Assembly (NCBI GenBank): GCA_965223845.1
Contig: CBDCXR010000004.1
Coordinates: 160,001-224,000 of the forward strand
From: Planctomycetota bacterium
Lineage (GTDB): Bacteria > Planctomycetota > UBA8108 > SXIK01
Direction of reading: 5' to 3'
Length of the DNA stretch: 64,000 bases
Below, in pieces: positions 9,168 through 20,881 of the stretch. Made by a program: the position numbers and the translations under genes. The notes below the pieces were generated by a model. That model was given only the letters and a program-made list of their open reading frames with translations. It had not been told where the DNA came from and did no database searches. Numbering within the stretch: position 1 is the stretch's first letter; every line of letters begins with the position of its first letter.

Positions 9168-10571
9168 TCAGAGGAGAACGTCGCTCGTCAGGTCCACCGG
9201 CTCCTCGATCTTCTCGCGGAGCTCGTCTTCGTCCATCGCGTAGAGAGGTGAGATCTCGACGGCCCGGCCCAGGTCCTCGGGAGATTCGTCGAGTGACGCC
9301 GACCGCAGCCACCGCGCGTAGAGCTGAGATAGATCCTTCTGCGCGGTCTGAGGTGACGCGCGACCTCCGGTGTTCTTGATCGGAGAAAACTCCTGCTCGC
9401 GCTCGACGGCGACGACACGCGTCCGTTCCGCCTCTTGGAGCGCATCGAAGATGTAGCTCTGGAATTTGAACGCGTTCGGCTCGGTGGGGCGGACGAGGCG
9501 TCCGCGCTTGTTCACGTACGGCGAAGTGATCGGGACGGCGTGATCGGGGAGCGACAAGCCGCTCGCGGCGATCCCCTCGAGAAACTCGAGAGAGAAGACG
9601 TAGTTCCCGATATTCGCCGCGCAGAATCTCAGGCCGCCGCCCTCGTCGCGCGCCTCGCGATCCTCGGGGTCGAGCTCGTGATTCTCGATGATCCCGAGCG
9701 CACCGTCGAACTGACAGAACAGGCCGACCCGCTCCGAGGGATCCTCCTTGATCACGCACTTCGCGGAGATCTGAGCTCGGTTCTTGATATGGTCGCCGAG
9801 GAAGATCGGATCTGCGATCTGAGTGAGAGGATTGTCCGCCTGGAAGTAGAAGAGGTACTTCACGCCGGCTTTCCGAAACGCGGCGAGCTGATCCTCCTCG
9901 AGTAAACGATCGAGCAGCATGCCGTGCCCCGCGGGCTCGGTCGCGACGCGGCCGGGCTCGCAGAGGAGAACCTTGCCGCGGCGATCGACGATCGGGAGGA
10001 GCTCCTGCTCGAGAAAGTGGATATCCGAGCAATTGAGCCCGAAGTACCCGTGCTCCTTGAAGAACGCCGTCGTCGCCTCCTGGTGATTCGGGTGAAAGAA
10101 GAGGTACCAGCTCAGCGATACGCGGTAGCGGCGATTGAGCGCGCGGATCTTTTCGGCGTGAAGCTGAAAGACGCTCTTCCCCGTGACTGGGCCGACCGGA
10201 AGGAGTCCCACCGGTTCGGCGAGGGGCCCGACTCCCGCGCTCCCGGCCGACGTCAGGATCGCGACCTCGCCGTTCTTGAGCGCGTACTCGCCGAGGGTGC
10301 GGCAGAGCTCGCGCTCTTCGCGCTGGTCGTCGGCGGGGAGAACCTCGAGGGTCGGGGGCTGCACGACGCGATCACCCGTCCGCTCGCCGGCGTGGATCAG
10401 CTTCTGCACCCGGTGCTTGATCTGCTGAAAGTCGAACTGCTGAAGCTGCGCGAGGAGAGCCTTCCGCTCGTCATCGGAAAGCCGGTCCCAGTGCTCGAAG
10501 ACGTGCTCTTGCCCGGCTTCGTGCACCTTTGCCACGCAGACTTTATCGGCGTGTGAGCTGGTTTTGATCAT
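9168..10571 (-). CDS. UDPGP type-1 family nucleotidyltransferase (eukaryote-type UDP-GlcNAc pyrophosphorylase homolog) with a degenerate nucleotide-binding loop
   Basis: GQEHVF.HW, KSVFQLHAEKI, P.GHG, DNPL.QIADPIFLG, KF..YIFD and EFSPIKN motifs are present. The AGGQGTRLG/PKG motif is replaced. Confidence 0.85.
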   Translation of the reverse strand: MIKTSSHADKVCVAKVHEAGQEHVFEHWDRLSDDERKALLAQLQQFDFQQIKHRVQKLIHAGERTGDRVVQPPTLEVLPADDQREERELCRTLGEYALKNGEVAILTSAGSAGVGPLAEPVGLLPVGPVTGKSVFQLHAEKIRALNRRYRVSLSWYLFFHPNHQEATTAFFKEHGYFGLNCSDIHFLEQELLPIVDRRGKVLLCEPGRVATEPAGHGMLLDRLLEEDQLAAFRKAGVKYLFYFQADNPLTQIADPIFLGDHIKNRAQISAKCVIKEDPSERVGLFCQFDGALGIIENHELDPEDREARDEGGGLRFCAANIGNYVFSLEFLEGIAASGLSLPDHAVPITSPYVNKRGRLVRPTEPNAFKFQSYIFDALQEAERTRVVAVEREQEFSPIKNTGGRASPQTAQKDLSQLYARWLRSASLDESPEDLGRAVEISPLYAMDEDELREKIEEPVDLTSDVLL

Positions 10572-10912
10572 GAGGTGAGCTCGGAGCGCCTCGCGATCTC
10601 GTCTCTCTCAACTCCCGGTGGTCTCCGCGGCGCTCGACGCCTCGGACTCCAACCCATTTATAGCATCGGCTCCGCGGAGTGAGCTCCGGGGCGAAGTCCG
10701 CCCGCCGATAGTCGTACTTCGGCCGCCCGCGGGCGGATGCTACCGATCGTTTCGCGAAACCGTCAACCCGATCATCGCGGGAGCCCGGTGGGCCCCTCCT
10801 CCGGTGCGTGTCTCAACTCTTTACGCTACAATCCTCTGCGAAATCCGTCCCCGTGGTACAGCGCGTGCGCTGCCGGGCGGACACGAGGCGAGGGCCGGTG
10901 TCTGTACGAGTC

Positions 10913-11878
10913 ATGATGAGGAAGCCGGACGCAGCGGAAGGAGACGCCGAGAACCCCCCGGGTGCCGCCGCGCCCCGGCCCGAGTTCGGCGAGCGGGAGC
11001 GTCTCGAGGCGCTCGCCCTCATCGCGCGCGCGGTCGCCGAGGACCGTCCCGACGCCGACGTGACGACGCTAACTCTTTTCGACGGGCACGACGACGAGGT
11101 CCGCGTCGAGTTCGTTCCGCGAAGTCGCGGCTGTCAGGCGGGCGTCGAGGTCGCCGAGCAGCTCTTTCGCGAGCACTGCCCGAACGTCGAGATCGAGCGT
11201 CTCGCCGAGGACGGGAGTCCGCTCGTCCCGCGCCGAGCGTTCCTCGCGCTCGCGGGCCCGGCGGTCGAGATCCTCCGGTTCGAGCGCATCGCACTCAATT
11301 TTCTCCAGCGCCTCTCCGGAATCGCGACGCTCACCGCGGAGTGGGTGGCGGCGATCGCCGCCGAGGGCGGAACGGCTCAGCTCCTCGATACCCGGAAGAC
11401 GACGCCGGGATGGCGCGCGCTCGAGAAGTACGCCGTGCGCTGCGGCGGCGGCACCAATCACCGACTCGATCTCGGCGACGGCGTTCTCCTCAAGGACAAT
11501 CACGTCGAGATTCTGCGGGCGGCGGGCCGCGGCGGCTTCGCCGAATGGGTGGACGTTCTCCGCGCGGCAGCGAAGGGAAGTTTCGTCGAGGTCGAGGTCG
11601 ACTCGCGAGCTGAGTTCGAAGCGGTTCTCGGATTGCCCGTCGACGCGATTCTCCTCGACAATTTTGCCCTCGAGGACCTCCGATGGGCCGTCGCGAGGCG
11701 GAACGAGCGGGGCCGCGAGCCGCTCCTCGAAGCGTCCGGCGGAATCCGCCTCGACACGGTCGGGAACGTCGCAGCGACCGGGGTGGATCGGATCAGCGTC
11801 GGCGCGCTCACGCACTCCGCGGTCGCGGTCGATATCGGACTCGACGTCGCCAGCGGAGGCGACGGCCGCGAGTCGTGA
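10913..11878 (+). CDS. nadC: Nicotinate-nucleotide pyrophosphorylase (quinolinate phosphoribosyltransferase)
   Basis: ERIALNFLQRLSGIAT, LLDTRKTTPG, NHRLDL..LLKDNH, EVEV, ILLDN, EASGGI and ISVGALTHS. TACAAT -10-like element at ~10827. Confidence 0.95.
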   Translation: MMRKPDAAEGDAENPPGAAAPRPEFGERERLEALALIARAVAEDRPDADVTTLTLFDGHDDEVRVEFVPRSRGCQAGVEVAEQLFREHCPNVEIERLAEDGSPLVPRRAFLALAGPAVEILRFERIALNFLQRLSGIATLTAEWVAAIAAEGGTAQLLDTRKTTPGWRALEKYAVRCGGGTNHRLDLGDGVLLKDNHVEILRAAGRGGFAEWVDVLRAAAKGSFVEVEVDSRAEFEAVLGLPVDAILLDNFALEDLRWAVARRNERGREPLLEASGGIRLDTVGNVAATGVDRISVGALTHSAVAVDIGLDVASGGDGRES

Positions 11879-11961
11879 TACGCTAATCGCGGCAGCCGAA
11901 CGCAGGCACTCGCATCGCCACCCGTCTCAAGTTTGCGAGTCGAATCGGGATCAATCGTACG

Positions 11962-12453
11962 ATGGACCAGCGAAGACGAAGTTTTCTCCTCCTTACCGGA
12001 ATCGCAGTGTCGGCAGTGGCGGTTCTCAACGCGTGCGGCCCGAAGCCGATTCCGCGACCGGGCCGCCCGCACGATTTCGTGCGGCTCAAGATCGGCGAGC
12101 ACGCTGTGGTCGCCGAGGTGGCGTGTGACGACGCGTCACGACGTCTCGGACTGATGAATCGCGAGAGCCTCGCCGACGGAAAGGGCATGCTCTTCATCTT
12201 TCCGGGCCTAGAGCGGCGCGGATTCTGGATGCGGAATACGTACATTCCCTTATCGATCGCGTTCATCGCGGATGACGGGACCATCCTTCAGATCGAGCAC
12301 ATGAAGCCTAAGGATGAGACGAGCACGAGGTCGAAGGACAAAGTGAGGTACGCGCTCGAAGTGCCGAAAGGGTGGTTCGAACGAAGCGGCATCGCCGTCG
12401 GAGCGCGCGTCGAGTCTCTCGCCGAAACCGTCGAACGGTTTCGCGTGAAGTGA
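11962..12453 (+). CDS. DUF192 family protein, probable lipoprotein
   Basis: EVA.D...RLGLM.R, GMLFIF, FWMRNTYIPLSIAFI and YALEVPKGWF; N-terminal RRR followed by an LNAC lipobox. Confidence 0.9.
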   Translation: MDQRRRSFLLLTGIAVSAVAVLNACGPKPIPRPGRPHDFVRLKIGEHAVVAEVACDDASRRLGLMNRESLADGKGMLFIFPGLERRGFWMRNTYIPLSIAFIADDGTILQIEHMKPKDETSTRSKDKVRYALEVPKGWFERSGIAVGARVESLAETVERFRVK

Positions 12454-12608
12454 TCCCGGAGAGATTCATGCGCGCCGCCGCGAAAGCGCGGGGACGCCCC
12501 TCCGGCAAGGCCGCATCGGATTCGAGTGGCGAGTGACTCGCTCACCGCGAATCGTATGCGCACGGATCATTCGGGCTGAGACTCGCTCCCGGGAAAGAGG
12601 TAAAGAGA

Positions 12609-13358
12609 ATGAACCCGCGCTCGTTGATCGTGATCGTGCTCATGGGCGTCGGCGCACTCGGATCGCTCGGGATGATCGCGGGCTACGCGCTCGAGTCGGA
12701 TCCCGAGCTCAAGGACTCCGTCCGATTCCGCGCCGATGCGGCGAAGGAGTTCGCACCGCGCGGAGTGACGATCGTCGCGCTCCGCCGATTGCCCGCGCCC
12801 GCGCGCGGGTACGAGCTCCGCGTCTCCCTGGAGGCGGACGACGCTTCGAGCCGTCCCGAAGATGCGAGCGCGCGAGAGGGCACACTCGCGGCGGACCTCG
12901 CCGAGTTCTTGGTCCGGCGCCATCCCGACCGTCACGCGAAGACGCTCCGCGTCACGGTCGTTCCGCCGGCTTCCTCTTGGGGCTGGGGCGAGTCTGCGTC
13001 CGAGGAGCGCGTGCTCGACAACGTCGAGCTCCAACCGATTCGCTGGCGCGTCCTCTTCGAAACGCGCCAACGCGGGTTTCGCGCGGACGTCGCCGCGCAG
13101 CTCGCGGCCGAGGCCGTTCGTGTGGAAGAGAGCGAGCGTCGACTCGAGGTCGACGTGCGGCTGTCCGACGAGGGCGCCAGCCGGGATGAGCAAGTTTCCC
13201 TGAGCGACCGCATCGAGAAGCTCGCACGGGCGCGTCTCACCGGGTTCTACGATTCGCTGGCGGTGCGGATCCTCGCTGGCGGGGACGGCGACTCCGCGGC
13301 CGTCCTCTTCGAGATGAGCTACGACCGCTTCGGGCGGCGACGAAGCGTCCATCGCTGA
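12609..13358 (+). CDS. Hypothetical protein with N-terminal membrane anchor
   Basis: GAGG RBS, hydrophobic N-terminus and host-like codon pattern. Confidence 0.7.
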   Translation: MNPRSLIVIVLMGVGALGSLGMIAGYALESDPELKDSVRFRADAAKEFAPRGVTIVALRRLPAPARGYELRVSLEADDASSRPEDASAREGTLAADLAEFLVRRHPDRHAKTLRVTVVPPASSWGWGESASEERVLDNVELQPIRWRVLFETRQRGFRADVAAQLAAEAVRVEESERRLEVDVRLSDEGASRDEQVSLSDRIEKLARARLTGFYDSLAVRILAGGDGDSAAVLFEMSYDRFGRRRSVHR

Positions 13359-13545
13359 TCTGGGACCGGAGCCGAATCGGCCGCGGCGTCCCACTGCGTG
13401 ACGTTGATGCCCACTGGGTTGCCGCGCGGCAACGCATCCCGTGCTCCTCCTCGTCCTGTGGCGTCGCAGTAGAAACTGCTGAGAACCGCGGGCTACAATA
13501 CCGAAGCGGCGGTGTGCGAGCGGGCAACGGTGGTGGAGCTGAGAC

Positions 13546-13985
13546 TTGGACGAGACGGGGCGTGCGAGTGGACGGGCGCGAGATGGCGAGTCAGAAGTTC
13601 AGCGGCGCTCTGCGCTCGGCGACGCGCTGATCCTCGCGCTCGCGATGGGGATCCTGCTCGTACCTCCCGGTGGCGCGCGAACGATCGGTTCGCGCGCCCC
13701 GAGCGCCGAGTGGATCACGCGGGATCTCGTGCCGCTCCGCGTCGAAATCAACTCGGCGGCGTGGTACGAATGGGCGGCGCTCGACGGAATCGGCGAGACC
13801 CGGGCGCGGCAGATCGTCAAGTTTCGCGCCGCTCGCGGCGGTTTTGCTTCGATCGAGGATCTGCGCGAAGTGCCGGGTCTTTCGAGCGATTGGGTGGATC
13901 GCTCGCGCCGATACCTCGCGTGCACGGAGCACGCCGAGAGCGCCGTCCACGGCGGACCGAAAGCCACTACGACACTGGGTGACCC

Positions 13986-13989
<4 letters not shown>
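13546..13989 (+). CDS. comEA: ComEA-family helix-hairpin-helix DNA-binding protein
   Basis: VEINSA...[16 protein letters not shown]...[15 protein letters not shown] plus an N-terminal TM. The stop overlaps the uvrB start (ATGA). Start is uncertain. Confidence 0.8.
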
Positions 13990-16040
<2,051 letters not shown>

Positions 16041-16127
16041 TCGGGGCGGATTCACCGGCAGCGCGGCGTTGGCTTTTCCTCCCCGGAGTTCTCGCGCGAC
16101 TCCGTGAACGAACCGTGCTTGGAGCTA

Positions 16128-17296
16128 TCAGCGATCCGCGCGGTGGATCTCGATCGCGCTGACGAGGGCCCAGCGAGTGGGTGGATCGGTCGGCTCCACT
16201 TGGAACTCGAGGTCGAAAAGCCCATCTACTACGTCGCAGGAGAACTCGAGCTTCGCGGGCCGGGCGAACTCGAGGCGAAAGTCCTTGGCGACGGTCTGTC
16301 CCTCGACTTCGATGTCGAAGCGCCCACGGAGCGGTCCCGGTACGCTCTGGCAAAAATGGAGAACCAGGTCGTAGCGACCCACGGGAATCGGAATGCGATA
16401 TGCCGGGTCGTTCCATTGAGATTGGGCAAACGAGCGCCGCTCGGCGTACGTGTCGCGATCGAGCTCTCCAGGGCCGCGAAGCGCCGGTCGGAATCGGGCG
16501 TACTCAGAGCCGCCGCGGAAAAACCGGTCGCGTCCCCATCGTTTCCCTCGGCTGTCCACGACGTCTTCGTCACCCGCCGCGGAAATGCGAACGACGCCGT
16601 CCGATTCGAGCGTTTGGAGGAACCAGCGGACGGATTCGGGAAGAGGTTCCAACGCCGGAGTCTCGATCACGACGATGCCTTGAGCGCCTTGCTCGTTCTC
16701 CCGAACGGAAGCGAGCTGAGACTCCGCGAAGCGCTCGATCATGTCTCCTAACTCCCAGTCGAGACCCACGCTCGCCACGCGCATCCATTCTCCCCAGGAA
16801 CGGAAATCGTTGGGTGCGCCGTTGAGAGAGCGCTCCAGTAGGTTGAGCGCTCGGTCGGGGTCTTCGTGCGCTACGAGTCGAGCGAGACGGAGTCCGACAC
16901 GCGGATGAATCTCCTTCTGCCCGTCGACGAGCGACCGGAGCTCCTGTTGCGTGCCACTCAAATCCCCCTGCATCTCGAGCAGATATGATTCGAAGTAGCG
17001 AGCGCGACTGTCGCCCACGTCGTCCAGATGGCCGCGAGCGTCTTCGACCGAGGATGCGTCGACGGGCAAGATCTCCCCACCGAAGAACGCGTCGATCGAT
17101 GCGAGCGAATGAAGCGCCGGGAACGACCGCCTGCGGGCGCGGACGAGGGTCGTACCGGCTCGAGCCGGCGCGCCCGGTTGGGCGACACACTCTTCGAGCG
17201 TCACGACGGCATCGCGGAGCCGGCCTGCGGCGATCTGGACCTCTCCCAGATACGCGAGCGTTTCCGCGTTGCGGAGCAGAAGAGTGGCTTCCTCGG
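16128..17296 (-). pseudogene. N-terminally truncated TPR plus malectin-like protein (probable C-half of a Ser/Thr kinase gene)
   Basis: TPR-like helices followed by malectin-type motifs RISAAG..VDSRGKRWGRDRFF..., YRIPIPVGRYDLVLHF and FDIEVEG. No credible start; it abuts an ECF fragment in another frame. Confidence 0.6.
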
Positions 17297-17532
17297 CGCA
17301 AGTACGCCGTTTGCACGACGTCATCGAGGCTGAGTTCCTGGCGTACTGCCGCTCCGAGGCGCCGTGCGACGCGCTCGCGGAGTCGCGTCTCGACGCGGCG
17401 AAAGAGCTCGTCCCAAGCGTGGCGGTCGCCGGCTCGGACGCGCTCGATCATCTGAGGGTGAAGATCTTCGCGCTCCGTCATCTCCGCCGGCGTCCCACGC
17501 TCGAAATCGAGTTGCCCCAACGTGAACGCCAT
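17297..17532 (-). pseudogene. N-terminal (region 2) fragment of an ECF sigma factor
   Basis: MIERVRAGDRHAWDELFRRV..RLR..VARRLGAAVRQELSLDDVVQTAYLR, after which similarity is abruptly lost. ATG at 17532 or 17481. Confidence 0.7.
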
Positions 17533-17761
17533 CCTATCACCACGATTCTCGTCCGCCTCGTCTCGGTCCCTGGTGAGGAAGGACGGCCCCACCCCGTTTC
17601 GGCCGGTGAAAGACGAGTTTTCTCGTTCTTGGCCGATTTCCGCGGCCGCATCTCGGCCTTCGCGTCCTGACCGAGTTGTGGGCACCCGGTCGCCGCCGCG
17701 ACGAGCTCGGCGATCGACCGGAACGGACGTGGCAGCTCGAGCGGGAATGACAAGGGGGGCC

Positions 17762-20461
17762 ATGAGTGCTCTCAATCTCGGACGACTCTTGGGGCTTCTC
17801 TTCGCAATGGTCGCTGCGCTCGCGCCGGTCAACGGGGCGGAGCCGGGAGGCATGCTCAAGAACTCGACGTTCCTCGGCGGAATCGGCGACGACGAAGGAC
17901 TTCGGATCGCACTCGATGCGGACGGGAACATCTACTTGACCGGCAGGACTCGATCGCAGGAATTCGCCGGAGAAGGCGTCGAGCATTCCGGCGGAACGGA
18001 CGTCTTTCTCGCCCGGCTGTCGCCGGACTGGAGCGAGCTCGAGGTCGTCACTCTCGGGGGCCCGGGGGACGACACACCGACCGCCATCGATGCGCTAGAC
18101 GATGGGCGTGTGATTGTCGCGGGCCACGCCGGCCGCGACTTCCCGACCACCGAAGGCGTGTTCCAGCGCGACCACGTCTCCGGGCTCGATCTGTTCGTCG
18201 CGGTGTTCGACGGTGAGCTGGAGCCAACCTACGTCAGCTATGTCGGCGGGGCGGGGAACGAAGAGCTGGCGCGTGCGGACATCTCGCCCGACGGGACGGT
18301 ATTCATGACGGGGTTCACGTCGTCCCACAGCAGCCGCGACGATCCGTTTCCGACTACACCGGGCGCGATTCAAGAATCCCACGGCGGAGGCACTTGGGAC
18401 GCGTTCTTCGTCGAGTTTCGACCGGACGCGACGCTTTCGCCGGCAGAGCAGCTCGTCTACTCGACGTATCTCGGTGGGTCGGGCAACGAGTTCGAGACTC
18501 GCGGCTCGCATGGAGTCGCGCGCCGCGACGACGGTCTCGTCGTGCTTGTGGGTCAGACGGGCAGCGCCGACTTTCCGACGACGGGGAACGCACAGCAGGG
18601 AAACTTTCGCGGTGTCTTCGATGGTTACGTCACGGTTCTCCGTCCGGACGAACGACTGTCCCGAGAAGAGCAGCTGGTCTATAGCACGTACTTCGGAGGT
18701 GGCGCAGATGACGCAACCAAGGATGTGACTTGGCTTCGAAGCGGCGGATTGGCGGTCACGGGCTGGAGCTGGTCGTCGGATCTCCCTGGTGCCGACAATC
18801 GACACAACGGCGGCAACGACGGATTCGTCTTGGTTCTCGACGCCGAGTTCTCTCCGGTCTTGACGAGTTTCTTCGGCGGCTCGGAGTTCGATACGCCGAC
18901 CAAGATCGTCGAGGCGCCGAACGGCGATTTCTTTATCTGTGGCCGCACGGGCTCCGGCGATTTTCCGGCGATCAGCGCGATCTGTCCGTTTCGAGACTCG
19001 CAGGATCAGGCGATCTTCGTCCGGTACCGGCCGGACCTCGGGCTCGTCCCGGAGGCGCGTCTCATCTTGTCCACGCCTCTGGGAGGAGCGAGCGAGCACG
19101 CCGCGGGGCGCGACTACGCGCTCGATCTCGTGCCCCTCGCTGACGAAACCGTCCTTGTCTTCGGTCTCACCGCCGACCTCGAGTACCCGGCGTTCGAGGA
19201 CGCGATCCAACCGACGTTCGGCGGCGACCGGGACGCGTTCCTCGCGCAGATCGACCCCAGGCCGCCGACCGCGTCGTTCACGGCGAGACCGGAGTTCGGG
19301 CTTGTGCCGCTCGAGTGCGAGCTCGAGGCGAGCGGTACGTCGACCTTCGAAGGGACCGAGCTGACTGAGTTCGCGTGGGGCTTCGGGGACGGATCCACCG
19401 GCGAGGGAGCGCAAGTCTCGCACACGTTCGGTCGAACGCCCGGCGAAAATCCTGACGAGAGCGACGTCTGCGCCGGAGCGGGCCGATACCTGGTCACACT
19501 TACGGCGGAGAACAACATCGGAGCGGCGCACTCGAAGACTCTCGACGTGACCGCGGCGCTCCCGTCGTCTCCGCCCGACGGCTGGGTTTCGGCCGATGTC
19601 GGAGCTCCGAGGTTTCCCGGGGCGGCACGAATGCTGACCGATGGACCGTCGCCGTCGGTCGCACTGTGCGCCGGAGGTGGCTCCATCCGCTCGGGCAGCC
19701 CGGAGTTTCACTTCCTGCACCGATCCGTATCCGGTGACTTCGACCTATCCGCGCGGATCGACGTGGTCGCCGGAGCGGAGTGGCCGGCTCAGGTCGCGAC
19801 CGGACTTCTCGTTCGCGCCGGGCTCGACGCGAGTCGCGTGAACTACGTCGGAATTCAAATCGAGCGAACGTCGAGGCTCGAGAGCGCGAAGCCGCTTCTC
19901 AAGATTCGCTCGCGCGGATCCGATGGCAACGGCGTCGAGGATATCGCCGAGCTGGACGAGATCGCCTCGTGGCTGCGCGTGACGCGCACGGGCGCGACGT
20001 TTTCGTTCTTCACGTCGGAGGACGGAGCGACCTGGGAAGCCGCGGGAGCGTCCGCCGAGCTGGAGGGTCCCGTGCTCGCCGGAGTCACGCTCTTCAAGGT
20101 CGACCGGACGGAAGCGTTCGAGCCCGTCGGCGCGGTGGTTTCGAGCCTCGAGCTGACGGAGGGCGGCGGGACGACGTTTCGGCGCGGTGATTCGAACGCG
20201 GACGGCGGCTTCAACGTGGCGGACGCCCTCTACACGCTGAATTGGCTCTTCGACCGCGGGCTCGAGCCGCCGTGTTTCGACAGCGCCGACGCCAACGACG
20301 ACGGCGAGATCAATCTCGCCGACCCCGTGGGAGCGCTCGAGTGGCTCTTCTCGGATCGACCGGCTCCGCCGCCGCCGCACGCCGACTGCGGGTTTGACCC
20401 GACGGGGGGCGACGAGTTCGAGTGCGAGTCTTTTCCGCCGTGCGAGACGCCCGGCGGCTAG
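17762..20461 (+). CDS. Secreted protein: SBBP beta-propeller repeats, PKD domain, beta-sandwich domain and C-terminal dockerin-like domain
   Basis: Signal peptide; repeated YSTYLGG.G.D/TG.T.S.DFPTT; FAWGFGDG..G....HTF (PKD); WLRVTRTG.TFSFFTSEDG.TW; FRRGDSNADG...DANDDGEINLAD. Confidence 0.88.
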   Translation: MSALNLGRLLGLLFAMVAALAPVNGAEPGGMLKNSTFLGGIGDDEGLRIALDADGNIYLTGRTRSQEFAGEGVEHSGGTDVFLARLSPDWSELEVVTLGGPGDDTPTAIDALDDGRVIVAGHAGRDFPTTEGVFQRDHVSGLDLFVAVFDGELEPTYVSYVGGAGNEELARADISPDGTVFMTGFTSSHSSRDDPFPTTPGAIQESHGGGTWDAFFVEFRPDATLSPAEQLVYSTYLGGSGNEFETRGSHGVARRDDGLVVLVGQTGSADFPTTGNAQQGNFRGVFDGYVTVLRPDERLSREEQLVYSTYFGGGADDATKDVTWLRSGGLAVTGWSWSSDLPGADNRHNGGNDGFVLVLDAEFSPVLTSFFGGSEFDTPTKIVEAPNGDFFICGRTGSGDFPAISAICPFRDSQDQAIFVRYRPDLGLVPEARLILSTPLGGASEHAAGRDYALDLVPLADETVLVFGLTADLEYPAFEDAIQPTFGGDRDAFLAQIDPRPPTASFTARPEFGLVPLECELEASGTSTFEGTELTEFAWGFGDGSTGEGAQVSHTFGRTPGENPDESDVCAGAGRYLVTLTAENNIGAAHSKTLDVTAALPSSPPDGWVSADVGAPRFPGAARMLTDGPSPSVALCAGGGSIRSGSPEFHFLHRSVSGDFDLSARIDVVAGAEWPAQVATGLLVRAGLDASRVNYVGIQIERTSRLESAKPLLKIRSRGSDGNGVEDIAELDEIASWLRVTRTGATFSFFTSEDGATWEAAGASAELEGPVLAGVTLFKVDRTEAFEPVGAVVSSLELTEGGGTTFRRGDSNADGGFNVADALYTLNWLFDRGLEPPCFDSADANDDGEINLADPVGALEWLFSDRPAPPPPHADCGFDPTGGDEFECESFPPCETPGG

Positions 20462-20881
20462 CGCGGACTTCTCACCAGATTCTACTCCGCCGCCGTATGT
20501 CGCGAGCTGAGCGTCTAATCCCGAATTATTCATGAGCCATCTACTGCGAGCGCGTATGCATCCCGTCTGGACGGCGTTACCGAATCGGATTCGATCCGGG
20601 GTGGGTGAAACCCACGGAGTGAAACACTCGCCTCCGGTCGAATCCGATGATCCTCACGGTCCTTACAGCACGCCCCCGGTCAGTGCGTCGCCACCTCCTT
20701 GTCCTTTCCCGACTTTCGGCGGCGACGCTCTATCTGCGGAGCGGCAACCTTGGCTGTCGGCCGGTTTCGCAACGTTGGGGTAAAGCACCGCAGGCGGAGG
20801 CCCGAACAACGCCGGCCGTGACTCCCTGCCACGGCCGGCTGATCGACGGACTACCGGTCTTGTCGGCGCCGACTGTCGTTC

